25,912 nucleotides of DNA. Source: a virus (lineage: Duplodnaviria > Caudoviricetes). The stretch's first letter is position 1, and every line of letters begins with the position of its first letter. Under the pieces are notes generated by a model. The model saw only the letters and a list, made by a program, of their open reading frames with translations. It was not told where the DNA came from and ran no database searches. The stretch spans positions 1-25,912 of IMG/VR virus record IMGVR_UViG_3300030433_001532. The stretch is one strand, 5' to 3'. A program made the position numbers and the translations under genes. Positions 6,356-15,720 of the stretch are shown here, piece by piece.

Positions 6356-6735
6356 GAAGTAGCCACCTTCCAGGTTGTCCGTTCGCAGCCCTCAAAATAT
6401 TCGTCTTCATAAACTCGGACGTTCAGCGCGTTGACTTCTTCGACACGCCGGAAGATTGTTTTCCGCAACGGCAACGCGCAAAGCGCGACGATGTCGCAAG
6501 TATCTTTTGTGAGATATCGCTTCTTGCGAGATCCGCGAGCGACGCTAAACCGATAAGCAAATCGGTTATTCTTTTCTAACTGCGACGACGTTTTAACTTC
6601 GACGCGCCAATAACGATCCCGATCGAATGCCAGCAAGTCGCAACCCTCGGTCGGCGAAACCATTACCTGCAAGCCAAGGTCGATGAGTATTCCCGCTGTT
6701 AAATACTCGCCGGCTTGCCCGACTGTCGTATTCAC
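6352..6735 (-). CDS. PD-(D/E)XK endonuclease, resembling the I-Ssp6803I/PDDEXK_5 family
   Basis: GTG start at 6735 (GTGA overlap); G..GE...L...G..V...P...DL...RVEVKT and DIVAL motifs. Confidence 0.75.
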   Translation of the reverse strand: MNTTVGQAGEYLTAGILIDLGLQVMVSPTEGCDLLAFDRDRYWRVEVKTSSQLEKNNRFAYRFSVARGSRKKRYLTKDTCDIVALCALPLRKTIFRRVEEVNALNVRVYEDEYFEGCERTTWKVATS

Positions 6736-7049
6736 TCGGCGTTTTCGACGACCGCAAGGATGCACTCTTCGCCATCGGCGCGGCTGACTGTCACAAGCCC
6801 ACGCCCACTCAGCATGTGCAACCAAAAACTCACGAGTGGCTGCGAGGCGTCTGTCTTTTTGATCATCAAGCCTGTCGCGACGGCATCAAAGTCTGAGCGG
6901 GTTAAAACCTGTGCCAATTTTCGGTCAGACCAGCATGGCATCGTGACGGTCCCCAGCGACGATGGCCGCTCAATCTTAAACTCTGAGGCGTGCGCGGGCA
7001 TAAAAAAAGCCGCTGCGAAAACGGCTATGATTATTCGGATTTTTCCCAT
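6732..7049 (-). CDS. Secreted hypothetical protein (signal peptide, two Cys)
   Basis: ATG 7049: MGKIRIIIAVFAAAFFMPAHA/SE with an AxA cleavage site. Confidence 0.7.
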   Translation of the reverse strand: MGKIRIIIAVFAAAFFMPAHASEFKIERPSSLGTVTMPCWSDRKLAQVLTRSDFDAVATGLMIKKTDASQPLVSFWLHMLSGRGLVTVSRADGEECILAVVENAE

Positions 7050-7053
7050 ATCG

Positions 7054-7551
7054 CTAGAACGTGAACTCTCGTAGGGTTTGCGCGGACCAGCCGCTCGCCG
7101 CGACGAAACTGCCGACGACGGTTTCTTCGCCGGTAAAATCTCCGACGTTTGAGGCTTCGATTCTGAACGTTTTACAAGCGCCAGACGACGCCTCTCGCGG
7201 CGCGATTTTTGTGCTTGTGGCGGCGATTTCATTGCCTGCGCCAAGATCGATTTTTAGCGAAATGTTTGTTGCGCTCGCAGCAACCCAGCTATTACCTGAA
7301 CCGACCGCGCCGTTAAAAGCTTTCCACGGCGCGTTACTACCGAGGACGGATGATGCTGACGCGACGAGCGGCGAAGGCGCGCTCGCACCTGTCATGTTTT
7401 GCGTTGGGTGCGCCGTCGCACCGACCATGATCTCCCATTCGTCGATCGTCAGGTTGCTGCCGGATATACAATCTACAACAAAAAGCTGCCAAAACCGAAA
7501 CGCCGCTGCTGCGGACGCGCCACCAGTTAAGATTTGTTGCTGCAAAATCAT
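7054..7551 (-). CDS. Discoidin/F5-8C-like carbohydrate-binding tail protein
   Basis: ASS...PWKAFNG...NSW...LKIDLG...KTFRIEASN pattern. Confidence 0.65.
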   Translation of the reverse strand: MILQQQILTGGASAAAAFRFWQLFVVDCISGSNLTIDEWEIMVGATAHPTQNMTGASAPSPLVASASSVLGSNAPWKAFNGAVGSGNSWVAASATNISLKIDLGAGNEIAATSTKIAPREASSGACKTFRIEASNVGDFTGEETVVGSFVAASGWSAQTLREFTF

Positions 7552-7994
7552 TTCGGATTTTCGTCTTTGATAGCAGAGCGCATTGCTATAAGTGTTTTCA
7601 GCTCTTCCGTTTTTATCTCGCTGTGCTGTGCTTCTATTTCACCAATGATTGCGTCGATAAAAAATCCGAGCGTTGAAAGCGTGTCAGCGTGGACGGACTT
7701 TAAAGCTCTAGTTTTTTCGACGTAAGCTTCTTGCCGAGCCGCGGCTATGTTGGTCGCTTTTTCTGTTTCACTTAGAGCCTGAACGCTTCTGGCCGCTATT
7801 ACTTCTGTTTCGCTGACGGTTATAGATTTTTCGTCTGATAATTTTTCTGTTTTTCCATCAAACGACGGATCAGCGCTTTCGGTATACGAAAGCCAGCGAA
7901 AACCTTTGACCGGGTTAGGTGTTGGCCTTGAGTCAAATGCGGCGATCCGACCGGTAAAAGCGCCGTCTTTAATAAGTGCAAAATTTGGCATCAC
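7548..7994 (-). CDS. Tail fibre-associated / assembly protein
   Basis: Coupled directly downstream of the tail fibre; DPSFDGKTEKL motif and helical C-terminus. Confidence 0.6.
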   Translation of the reverse strand: MMPNFALIKDGAFTGRIAAFDSRPTPNPVKGFRWLSYTESADPSFDGKTEKLSDEKSITVSETEVIAARSVQALSETEKATNIAAARQEAYVEKTRALKSVHADTLSTLGFFIDAIIGEIEAQHSEIKTEELKTLIAMRSAIKDENPK

Positions 7995-9745
7995 GCGTCG
8001 TTTCCTGCGTCCGTTGTTAGAAAGATTTTAACGCCGATCAATCGAGCATCTTCAGCCGCCGTGTCATTTGAATCACTGACATCGCGGAATACTCGGAAAA
8101 ACGTCATGTCGCCAGCGGCAGGCGATCCAGCGATAGTGAGCGCGCCGCTCTCTGCGCTCACGCAAAGGTCTTCTGCGGCAGAGAGGTTCGCATCATCAAC
8201 AACCACAGCAGTGCCGTAAGCAACATCTATTGTGTCACTGTCGGAACAAGCCACGCCTTGCAGCGCCCAGCTCACGCCGTCTGTATCTGTTGCCGTGCTG
8301 CACCAGTAAACTTGAAAAGTGATCGTGCCTTCATTCCATTGTTTCGGCATCGCGATTTGGAATTGCGCGTGTTCATCCGCCGATGCATCGAAATCCAAGA
8401 CCTGCATGTCAGGTCGGCCTGAGGTCGTCTCAACGTCTGTGATTGTTGCGCAGCCGTTGCTTGCAGTTGGACGCATCGCCGCTGCCGGGATGAAAATCGA
8501 ATGTTTGCCTTGCAAACCGATGCCCGTTATCTGCGTGCCATCAACCGCTGGAATTTTTGCGCTGCCGTCCAATTGAACGATATTGTTGGCACTCGTTCCG
8601 ACCGCAAGAACGGCAGCAGTGCCTAAACCTAAATTCGTTCGCGACGTACTGGCACTTGCAACATCTGATAAATTGTTGCTGGCTTGCATGTCGCCTGAAC
8701 CGCTGCCCGCATTACCGCTGCGCGTGAACGTGATACGAACCGCATCGCTATTGCTGAACGAGCCGTTGCTGGTCAGGTGCGTCAGCGCAAGTTTAACGTA
8801 TCCGCTTGCATCGGTGCTAGCTCCACTAATTTTGTACACCGCGAAATTCTGCTGGGCAGATTTTTTGACGATTGTGATCTGCCCTCTATCGCTTGTCGTT
8901 GTAGAGTCATCCCAAGTCAACAAAAATGCTGATACGTCTGGGTTTCCGCTATCGGCTGAGGTGTCATCAATAAACGCAGCGGTCACGCTGCCTAGTGTTC
9001 CATTGTTGAGTCTTATAACACCGGCACCGGGATCGGCATCGCTGGTTGAAGTAGAGAATGTATAGTTAAGCCCCCCTGCCCCGTCTGCCCCCGTAGCGCC
9101 TTGGTCGCCCTGCTGGCCGGTTGATCCAACCGGAATCCCGAGAGCAAGCGCTCCGCTCGATGCATCGAAAGAGACAGTCGCGCTCTGCGAGACGCCGCTG
9201 CCATCGACCGCCACGTTACTCACGCTGACTGAGCTGACGCGTCCAGTTGTCGCTTCCAGGTTGTTGCCGTCACTGCTAAACCCGAGTAACCGCGAAGCCC
9301 GCGCAGTTGCATCATCGACAAATTCTGGCGTCGTAATCGCGTTCGTTTTGGAAACTTTAAAAGAGCGATCAAGCTCCTCTTGAACCTCTTGCACAATGTG
9401 CGTCAGCTTATCGAGCGCCGTCTCGTGATCTTCAGCGGGGAACGGGTCGTTTTCGACGTAGTCTGTGCCCTGGGTCTGAGTTGTCTGTCTACGAATGACA
9501 ACTGTCTCGCCTGACGCCGGCGCCGTTACGAATGTAACCGTTCCACCGCCAGCGTTGCCGACGCCGCTGACCGAATAGTTTGTGCTGCCCGAACCTTCGC
9601 TGCGCTGCGCTTCTGCGCCCGTGCTGTCTGTACGGATAAAGACTTTTATTTCAGACGACGCGAAAGCTTTGAACGTGTACGCAAACGCGGTCGTACTGCC
9701 GTTACCCGAATACGAGTTTTTGATGCTTGTGGTGCTGACGGTCAA
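7991..9745 (-). CDS. Tail fibre protein (T7 gp17-like N-terminal anchor)
   Basis: YSGNGSTTAFAYTF...APASGETVVIRR...HETALDKLT; short Gly-X-Y run; NNLSDV..RTNLGLG motif. Confidence 0.9.
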   Translation of the reverse strand: MTVSTTSIKNSYSGNGSTTAFAYTFKAFASSEIKVFIRTDSTGAEAQRSEGSGSTNYSVSGVGNAGGGTVTFVTAPASGETVVIRRQTTQTQGTDYVENDPFPAEDHETALDKLTHIVQEVQEELDRSFKVSKTNAITTPEFVDDATARASRLLGFSSDGNNLEATTGRVSSVSVSNVAVDGSGVSQSATVSFDASSGALALGIPVGSTGQQGDQGATGADGAGGLNYTFSTSTSDADPGAGVIRLNNGTLGSVTAAFIDDTSADSGNPDVSAFLLTWDDSTTTSDRGQITIVKKSAQQNFAVYKISGASTDASGYVKLALTHLTSNGSFSNSDAVRITFTRSGNAGSGSGDMQASNNLSDVASASTSRTNLGLGTAAVLAVGTSANNIVQLDGSAKIPAVDGTQITGIGLQGKHSIFIPAAAMRPTASNGCATITDVETTSGRPDMQVLDFDASADEHAQFQIAMPKQWNEGTITFQVYWCSTATDTDGVSWALQGVACSDSDTIDVAYGTAVVVDDANLSAAEDLCVSAESGALTIAGSPAAGDMTFFRVFRDVSDSNDTAAEDARLIGVKIFLTTDAGNDA

Positions 9746-12700
9746 TTGTCGTCTCCTTGCAGCTTGGACATTTCCTTGCGCCGCCTTTCAATGAAGAGGT
9801 TATTAATCTTGCTAATCACTTCGCCGTACACAGGATCTTGCAAAAACTCACCGAGAGCTTCGTCCGTCGCCGCGTTGTAAACCGATTTGAGGCGCTCACC
9901 TAAACGTTCACGCAGCGCGTCGGCGGCTTTACCCTTACCTGTGCTAAAGCTCGCGGCTTGCTTGTACTCGTCTCTGTTTATGAAAGCTTCCAGGGCTTCC
10001 TTACCCTTTTTGCCGGCAAGCTTTTGCAACTCGTATCTCATTACGTCTGGCAACTTTATGGGGTCAGACGGCAGCACGTTGCCCTCGTCATCTTCAGCCG
10101 GCAGCCGTATCTCGTCTTGTATTTTGCTGAGATTGACGCCGCCCAAACGAATTAGTTCTCTGGTGAGCGGCGTAGACTTGTCGTTGGAAATATAGAACGG
10201 CGACATCCAGTCAGGCCCGAGCGCCAAGTTGTAGCTGTTCTCGCCAACCTTCACGCCTGGCACAACATCATTGCCAAAAACATCGACCATCGGCTTTAGT
10301 TCAGATGAGAGGCCTGGCACTTGTGCTTTGAGACTATCGAGGATGCCTTTAGCCTCATTGATCGCTGGATCTACTTGGCGCTCTATGCCGGCAAACACTC
10401 GTGGCACCATGGATTTTATAAGGTTCTCAACAACGCGGCCCGAGTATCGATCGGGATCGGCCATGACCTGGCCCATCGTCGCGAATTGTTTCAGGTAAGA
10501 TTTATTGCTGACGTTGTACATCGTCGCGCCAACAACTGCGCCAGCAATTTCGTTTAATTCCATTTCGCTCCAATCGCCTTTGGAGCTAAGCAGCTCATAC
10601 GCGTCAACGTACAAGCCCATCATTCCGCCAAGTGGTTCAATATTGTAATTGATGTATTCGCCGCCGCCGATCGGCATGCGGTAAGGCGTCCACCCCTCAA
10701 GGCGTAGGTTTTGCTTTTTGCCTCGGTCAGTCGGCCCGCCGCCAGTCAGCGCGCCACCGCTTGCGGCAGCTAGAAAAACCCCTGTCATACCAAGCGCTGT
10801 TCCCAACGTTATGCGCGCTATGGCTTCGTCTCGCTGTTTGCCGCCGGCGCGCATCATTGCGTTGGTTGCGCCCCACCTGGCACCTAAAACTGAACGATCG
10901 ATGAAGCTGTATTTAAAACCGTTGTATGGCGTTTTAATAAATGGAAATAAGTAACGCAGCATCGGTACGCGGCTGATTGTCTGAAACGATCTGCCAACCT
11001 TGTCTAACTCTGTTTGCAGCGTGTTATATTTTGCAACGGCCTCGGCGCGCGTCATTGTTGCAGCCGGCGGAGTAGATACGAATTCTGCTATGTAGTCGGT
11101 AAGCTCATCGCCGTCTAAGCCGCGGGCGCGGCCTGTTGTAAGCGCTTCGCGATAAATCTGTCCGCGCATACTGACAACTTTGAACCAAGTGTCGCCAGCT
11201 TCTAATCCGCGGAACGACACGCGCCCCAACGTAAAAATATTCCCCAAGGTGTCTATCGTATTAGCCCACAAGGTGGGGTTGTCAGTGGTTTCGACTTCGG
11301 GAAAACGCGACGAGCTGAATGCGCCAGATCTTAGACTTTGTGCAAAACTTTCAGGCGGGGGCGGTCCAAAGGTCGTTTGTCGTATTTTGTCAACTTTAGA
11401 TCCGGACACGCCTTGCGGCTGCATCGTAGCAAACGCGCGACCGGCTAATCTCGTAGCCTCGTTTATTGCCATCATCTGTCCAAAGACTTGCGCCTGTAGA
11501 TCTTCAAGTTGGACAGTATCGAGAGGGTCGGCGCCAAACTTTCTACGCACGGCGCCAATGCCGGCGGCAAGCGCCAGCTCAGCATTCGGCAGCACCATCG
11601 TCGTGACGGCGTTGCCAACCGTGTTTCTAGTATGTGTTACTGGGTTGGTAAGCAGCGCATGCTGCCAAATCTCGTAAACGGCATCGGCAATTCTTTTTGT
11701 CATGCTGAGCCCGCGCGCGAACGACGAACGCTGATCCGCTGTGTCCAGCTCTTGATACAAGCGCGCTGCGAGGTTGATGTTTTCAAGCCCCCCATAATCC
11801 TCAAGCAATGCAGTCAAGTCGCGGTTCTGCATTGTCGCCATATTCCGCGCTTGTTCAGGGGTGGCATCTTGCATCGATCGCACAGGAATACGGAATGCAG
11901 ACAATGCGCGGGCAAGCTCTGTCTGCGCTCCCTTGAATTGCATTTGTAGATTTGCGACCAGCTCCATCTGCGCGCGGAACTGTAGCGCTTCGTTTGGACC
12001 GCCGAGAGCGAGCTTACTATCTGGGTCGTAGACCTTCTCCGCGAGACTGTCCAACTTCCTCATTTCGGTCACAAGCAACTCGCGCTGTGCCAGCATCGTC
12101 TCTGCTAAGCCCATGCCTCGCACTTGTGCGACCTGGCCCTCTTCGCGCGCCAATAAACTTTGGGCAACCTGGCGAACTTTTTGCGGTGACGTACCAATCA
12201 AGTCGGCCATCTCGCGCGTTGTGTTCAGCTCAATCTCGCCGCGCTTCGCCTCGTCAATTTGTTGTCCAAACGCAGCACTGTTATGACCTATGCGCGCCAG
12301 CACGGCGTTCTCGTCAGGCAATCGGTTTTCGTTAAAATCAGCAAGCGGCTCATTCAGCGCGACCGGCGAGTCCATATCTTCCTGGCGCTGTGCCGGCGCG
12401 CGCAGTGACGCCTCAACATCTTCTTCGGTGACACGTATACGCGTGTCGTCTAAGAGACTGCCTGTGCCATACCGCGCATAGGGGTCGTCGTAACGCAGCG
12501 CTGCCGGTATCTCTTCAACAGGCTCAGCGACACGCGGCATCGCAGCCTCTGGCTCTTCGGCAATTTGTGGCGCTGTCGTCTCGCCTGGGCTTTCCTGTAA
12601 CGCCTCGCGCATGCGCGCAGCCGCTTTGTCGCGACCAGCGCCCATCAGCTTGCCGCCCTTGCCGGTAGCTCGCTCTAGGATCGATTGCCCAAGGCGCGAA

Positions 12701-12798
12701 GCTGCCTGACCCATACCGGCAACTTGTACCGCGTCGTCAGGCACAAGGGTGCCGCCCGCCGCGGATGCCGCGGCGGCCTGTTCGTCAATAAGTGCCAT
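9742..12798 (-). CDS. Large internal virion (ejection) protein, 1018 aa
   Basis: Position before the tail fibre; helical; hydrophobic segment followed by LTGGGP and GWTPY motifs typical of podovirus core proteins. Confidence 0.7.
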   Translation of the reverse strand: MALIDEQAAAASAAGGTLVPDDAVQVAGMGQAASRLGQSILERATGKGGKLMGAGRDKAAARMREALQESPGETTAPQIAEEPEAAMPRVAEPVEEIPAALRYDDPYARYGTGSLLDDTRIRVTEEDVEASLRAPAQRQEDMDSPVALNEPLADFNENRLPDENAVLARIGHNSAAFGQQIDEAKRGEIELNTTREMADLIGTSPQKVRQVAQSLLAREEGQVAQVRGMGLAETMLAQRELLVTEMRKLDSLAEKVYDPDSKLALGGPNEALQFRAQMELVANLQMQFKGAQTELARALSAFRIPVRSMQDATPEQARNMATMQNRDLTALLEDYGGLENINLAARLYQELDTADQRSSFARGLSMTKRIADAVYEIWQHALLTNPVTHTRNTVGNAVTTMVLPNAELALAAGIGAVRRKFGADPLDTVQLEDLQAQVFGQMMAINEATRLAGRAFATMQPQGVSGSKVDKIRQTTFGPPPPESFAQSLRSGAFSSSRFPEVETTDNPTLWANTIDTLGNIFTLGRVSFRGLEAGDTWFKVVSMRGQIYREALTTGRARGLDGDELTDYIAEFVSTPPAATMTRAEAVAKYNTLQTELDKVGRSFQTISRVPMLRYLFPFIKTPYNGFKYSFIDRSVLGARWGATNAMMRAGGKQRDEAIARITLGTALGMTGVFLAAASGGALTGGGPTDRGKKQNLRLEGWTPYRMPIGGGEYINYNIEPLGGMMGLYVDAYELLSSKGDWSEMELNEIAGAVVGATMYNVSNKSYLKQFATMGQVMADPDRYSGRVVENLIKSMVPRVFAGIERQVDPAINEAKGILDSLKAQVPGLSSELKPMVDVFGNDVVPGVKVGENSYNLALGPDWMSPFYISNDKSTPLTRELIRLGGVNLSKIQDEIRLPAEDDEGNVLPSDPIKLPDVMRYELQKLAGKKGKEALEAFINRDEYKQAASFSTGKGKAADALRERLGERLKSVYNAATDEALGEFLQDPVYGEVISKINNLFIERRRKEMSKLQGDDN

Positions 12799-12801
12799 TG
12801 A

Positions 12802-15720
12802 TTATTCCGTGCCGTGTATTTCGTTTACACGCGGGGCGAGACGTTCGACCTCCGCATTTTGGATTGCGGCGGCCTCGTCGAAATCGTCAAACCGCGGAAC
12901 GCTTGCCATATCTACGCCGCCAAAATAGTCAGGGTCATAGACCATCAGCACAATGTCTGGCTCGCCGTTATTAAATTCTTTGTAGGTCTCTTTGTCCCAC
13001 GCCTTAGCTGCAAAGGGTGGCTTCGGTGCAAACTCATCATTCCACTTAACGCGAGCGACGGGCTTAAAGCCAACTGTCTGATAGACCTTTGGCAGCATCG
13101 TATTAAAAGCATCTAATTTGCGCCCGCCCTGATCTATTGCGGCTTGCAGCACAGAGAACAAACCATTGCGCGGTTCAGAGGCGCCAGAATAAACGGCTAC
13201 AACGTCGCCGTCTGGTTTCAGGGCAAAACCAGCGTCGTCGTCTGTTTGGTATAATTTGTATTTAGATAACTCGTCGGGAGCTTTGAGTTCTACTTGAGCG
13301 CCATACTTGTGATTGACCATTGCGCTCTGCATGCGCTGAGCGTAATCCGCGGCACTTTGCGCTGCGTCTAATTGATTTATAGATGGTATTCTGAGGCCGG
13401 CTTTTTCGTAGCGCTTTGCTACTTCCTCATCTGCTACAAGCCGAGTTCTTCCAACATCTCCAGAGCTGTCGCTTCTGTAAGGTCTGGATTGTCGGCCATC
13501 GCTTCCGCCACTATTGAGTTCCGCAATTCGGTTGCGCCGTTGTTGTCGGACTGCGCGCTGGCGTCCTGAGAGGTCTCGGTAACCTGTGAGCGTGCTTCCC
13601 GGTTCAGGCGCAGCTTGGTTTGCATTGCCTGTGCGAACTCCTGTTCGTAATCCGATTGCTTCATTTGTTCGCCGCGCTCCTTCGCTAAAGCCTTCAGGGC
13701 GTGATAATACACCGAGATCAGTATATAGGTTTTGTTCCTGGTACCACAAGACGGCCTGTATGTCTTGCTCTGTCATGCCTTGAGCTTGCAAGCGCTTTTG
13801 TATCTCGCTGACAAATTGCTCTTGTCTTTTACGCTCTGGTATATCGCGCGGCTGCATGGCGATCTCGCCATCCGCACGGCGCATCTGACCGAAAATTCTG
13901 TTATAGCCTCGTGTGAACCAACTGTCTTTGGTTGTGCCCTCGTAGCCATTTATGTTGAGACTAAATTGTCCCGTCTTATCGCCGATCGCGCGGGCGCCAA
14001 GGTGTATAGATTTCTGCCCACCACCCACGCCGCCTGGCCCGCCCTTCAAACCAGCGGCTTTGCGAACGTCCGTAATTTCTTTGAGCGAATGTGGCGACAA
14101 CCACCAATCAGCAAAGCCCTCTTCGCCTAAATCATCGAGAAGATGTTTTATGACGCTGAGTGATTTGCCAACGCTTGCCGATCGAACGCCAAAACCGACT
14201 TTAGGTATATCCGCAATTGTGCTGTCAGGCGCCGGCGGCGTTGTTATCAATTCACCTGTCTGTAAATAATGACGCATCAACGCGATTGCTACGCGCGTAT
14301 TATTTACGACTTTTTGCCCATTGCTTGTGGCACCGGCAATGGCTGACCAAATAACGCGGTGCGTATCATTTGTCCCTAAACTCTCAAGCCCTGGTATTTG
14401 TGCAATCGTCTCAAACGTCGTCGCAACATCATTGTCATACCATCCCTTGCCCGATACCGCTTGCGTGAGCTGATAGTTGATTTCCTCCACAGCATCGTCG
14501 ATGCCCAATTGAAAATCCGCGTCATCATTGGGGTCTAATTTACGACCACGTTTGGCTAAATGGTCTTCATCAAAATAGGTCGCCAGGTGATCTATTAAGA
14601 CACGCTTGCCACCACTAATTTCGGCAATCCTTGCCTTAGCCGCGTCGTTGTCCTGGCCGCCGGCGCGTAGTCTTGAGATTTGCGGAGGTTTGCCAGTGCC
14701 GCCCACCCCTGCACCTAACACACCTTGTTGGGCACCGCGCACCACTCCGGTGAAGGCTTCACCGGCTTTGTCTATAACCTTGTTGGCAACCGTGCCTATG
14801 GTGCCGCCACCAGCAACGCCAAGGCCGGTTGCGGCTACGTTTTCACCGAACTGAAACTCTCGCTGCAAGCCCATGGCGTCAGCAATTTGTGGATTGGCAC
14901 GAGCTGCTTCTATCTCGACCGTCTGCTTCATAGCATTGTCGAGCGAAGCGTATGCGCCGCCTTCGACTGCCAGCGCGGCGGCGTTGGGGATCTGACTTCT
15001 TATGTAAGCTTTAACGCCTTCCTTGCCTGCCGTCTTAGCAGCTTGTGCGGCTGCCGTGCCAATGCCGAAAGTTGTTAAGCCGACATACGTCGATGGACTT
15101 GTAAGTAGATTGCCGGTGGCGCGCAGGATGCCGTCCCAGGTGATGTCTTTCTTTTCGTACATCTGTTGCAAGAAATGGAATGCCAACTTCTGCTTTGGCG
15201 TTACATCCTCGTCGCTCATGCGGTGCGCAAGTCGCACGAGATCTATATCTCGAAAATTAAAACGAGATATCAGCTCAAGTCCGTACTGCGCAGCCTCTAG
15301 GTCGCTGACCGGCTGCGCTTGCTCTGCCTCGATGCGATCTGCGCGTTGCTCAATTGATTTCTTGGTATATTCACCTAGGAACGAACCTGGCTGAGCCGTT
15401 CCTGTTTGGCTACTAACGAACCGCCGCGGCGCCTCTTGGAACACAGGTATCATCTCACGAGCTGAGTCGATAAACAGGCCACGCTCGTTTTCGGTCAGAC
15501 CCTTCAGCAACTGTTCCGCTTGCGCCTCGCGTTCTTCAAGCGGCGTCTCTAGATCGATCTCTGTGTCATTTGCAATGACGTAGTCAACATCGTAGCCGGC
15601 ATCTGCAATCGCTTGTCTGCCTTCTTCTGGCATAACCGGCATCTTGTCGGCTTCAGTGACGTACAGCTCGTCGGCGTCTTGTTGAAGCGGGCGCGGCCCA
15701 GGAATATCGATAATCAGCAT
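12802..15720 (-). CDS. Internal virion / polyvalent protein with HhH-glycosylase-like and GNAT-like domains, 972 aa
   Basis: Gly/Ala-rich hydrophobic N-terminal part; GWY...ATSNG....NN...GDKTGQFSLNING...TKDSW...QAVLW; C-terminal GFALKPDGDVVAVYS...GGRKLDAFNTMLPKVYQTVGFKPVARVKWN. Confidence 0.7.
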   Translation of the reverse strand: MLIIDIPGPRPLQQDADELYVTEADKMPVMPEEGRQAIADAGYDVDYVIANDTEIDLETPLEEREAQAEQLLKGLTENERGLFIDSAREMIPVFQEAPRRFVSSQTGTAQPGSFLGEYTKKSIEQRADRIEAEQAQPVSDLEAAQYGLELISRFNFRDIDLVRLAHRMSDEDVTPKQKLAFHFLQQMYEKKDITWDGILRATGNLLTSPSTYVGLTTFGIGTAAAQAAKTAGKEGVKAYIRSQIPNAAALAVEGGAYASLDNAMKQTVEIEAARANPQIADAMGLQREFQFGENVAATGLGVAGGGTIGTVANKVIDKAGEAFTGVVRGAQQGVLGAGVGGTGKPPQISRLRAGGQDNDAAKARIAEISGGKRVLIDHLATYFDEDHLAKRGRKLDPNDDADFQLGIDDAVEEINYQLTQAVSGKGWYDNDVATTFETIAQIPGLESLGTNDTHRVIWSAIAGATSNGQKVVNNTRVAIALMRHYLQTGELITTPPAPDSTIADIPKVGFGVRSASVGKSLSVIKHLLDDLGEEGFADWWLSPHSLKEITDVRKAAGLKGGPGGVGGGQKSIHLGARAIGDKTGQFSLNINGYEGTTKDSWFTRGYNRIFGQMRRADGEIAMQPRDIPERKRQEQFVSEIQKRLQAQGMTEQDIQAVLWYQEQNLYTDLGVLSRPEGFSEGARRTNEAIGLRTGVRTGNANQAAPEPGSTLTGYRDLSGRQRAVRQQRRNRIAELNSGGSDGRQSRPYRSDSSGDVGRTRLVADEEVAKRYEKAGLRIPSINQLDAAQSAADYAQRMQSAMVNHKYGAQVELKAPDELSKYKLYQTDDDAGFALKPDGDVVAVYSGASEPRNGLFSVLQAAIDQGGRKLDAFNTMLPKVYQTVGFKPVARVKWNDEFAPKPPFAAKAWDKETYKEFNNGEPDIVLMVYDPDYFGGVDMASVPRFDDFDEAAAIQNAEVERLAPRVNEIHGTE
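13434..13664 (-). CDS. Putative nested out-of-frame gene, 76-aa acidic helical protein
   Basis: AAGGAG 12 nt upstream of ATG 13664; protein-like C-terminus IVAEAMADNPDLTEATALEMLEELGL; the host frame becomes an R/G/S-rich linker over the same span. Confidence 0.55.
   Translation of the reverse strand: MKQSDYEQEFAQAMQTKLRLNREARSQVTETSQDASAQSDNNGATELRNSIVAEAMADNPDLTEATALEMLEELGL

Noticed and set aside
7054-9745. BPP-1-like diversity-generating retroelement
   Set aside because: No reverse transcriptase or TR/VR repeat pair visible in this window.
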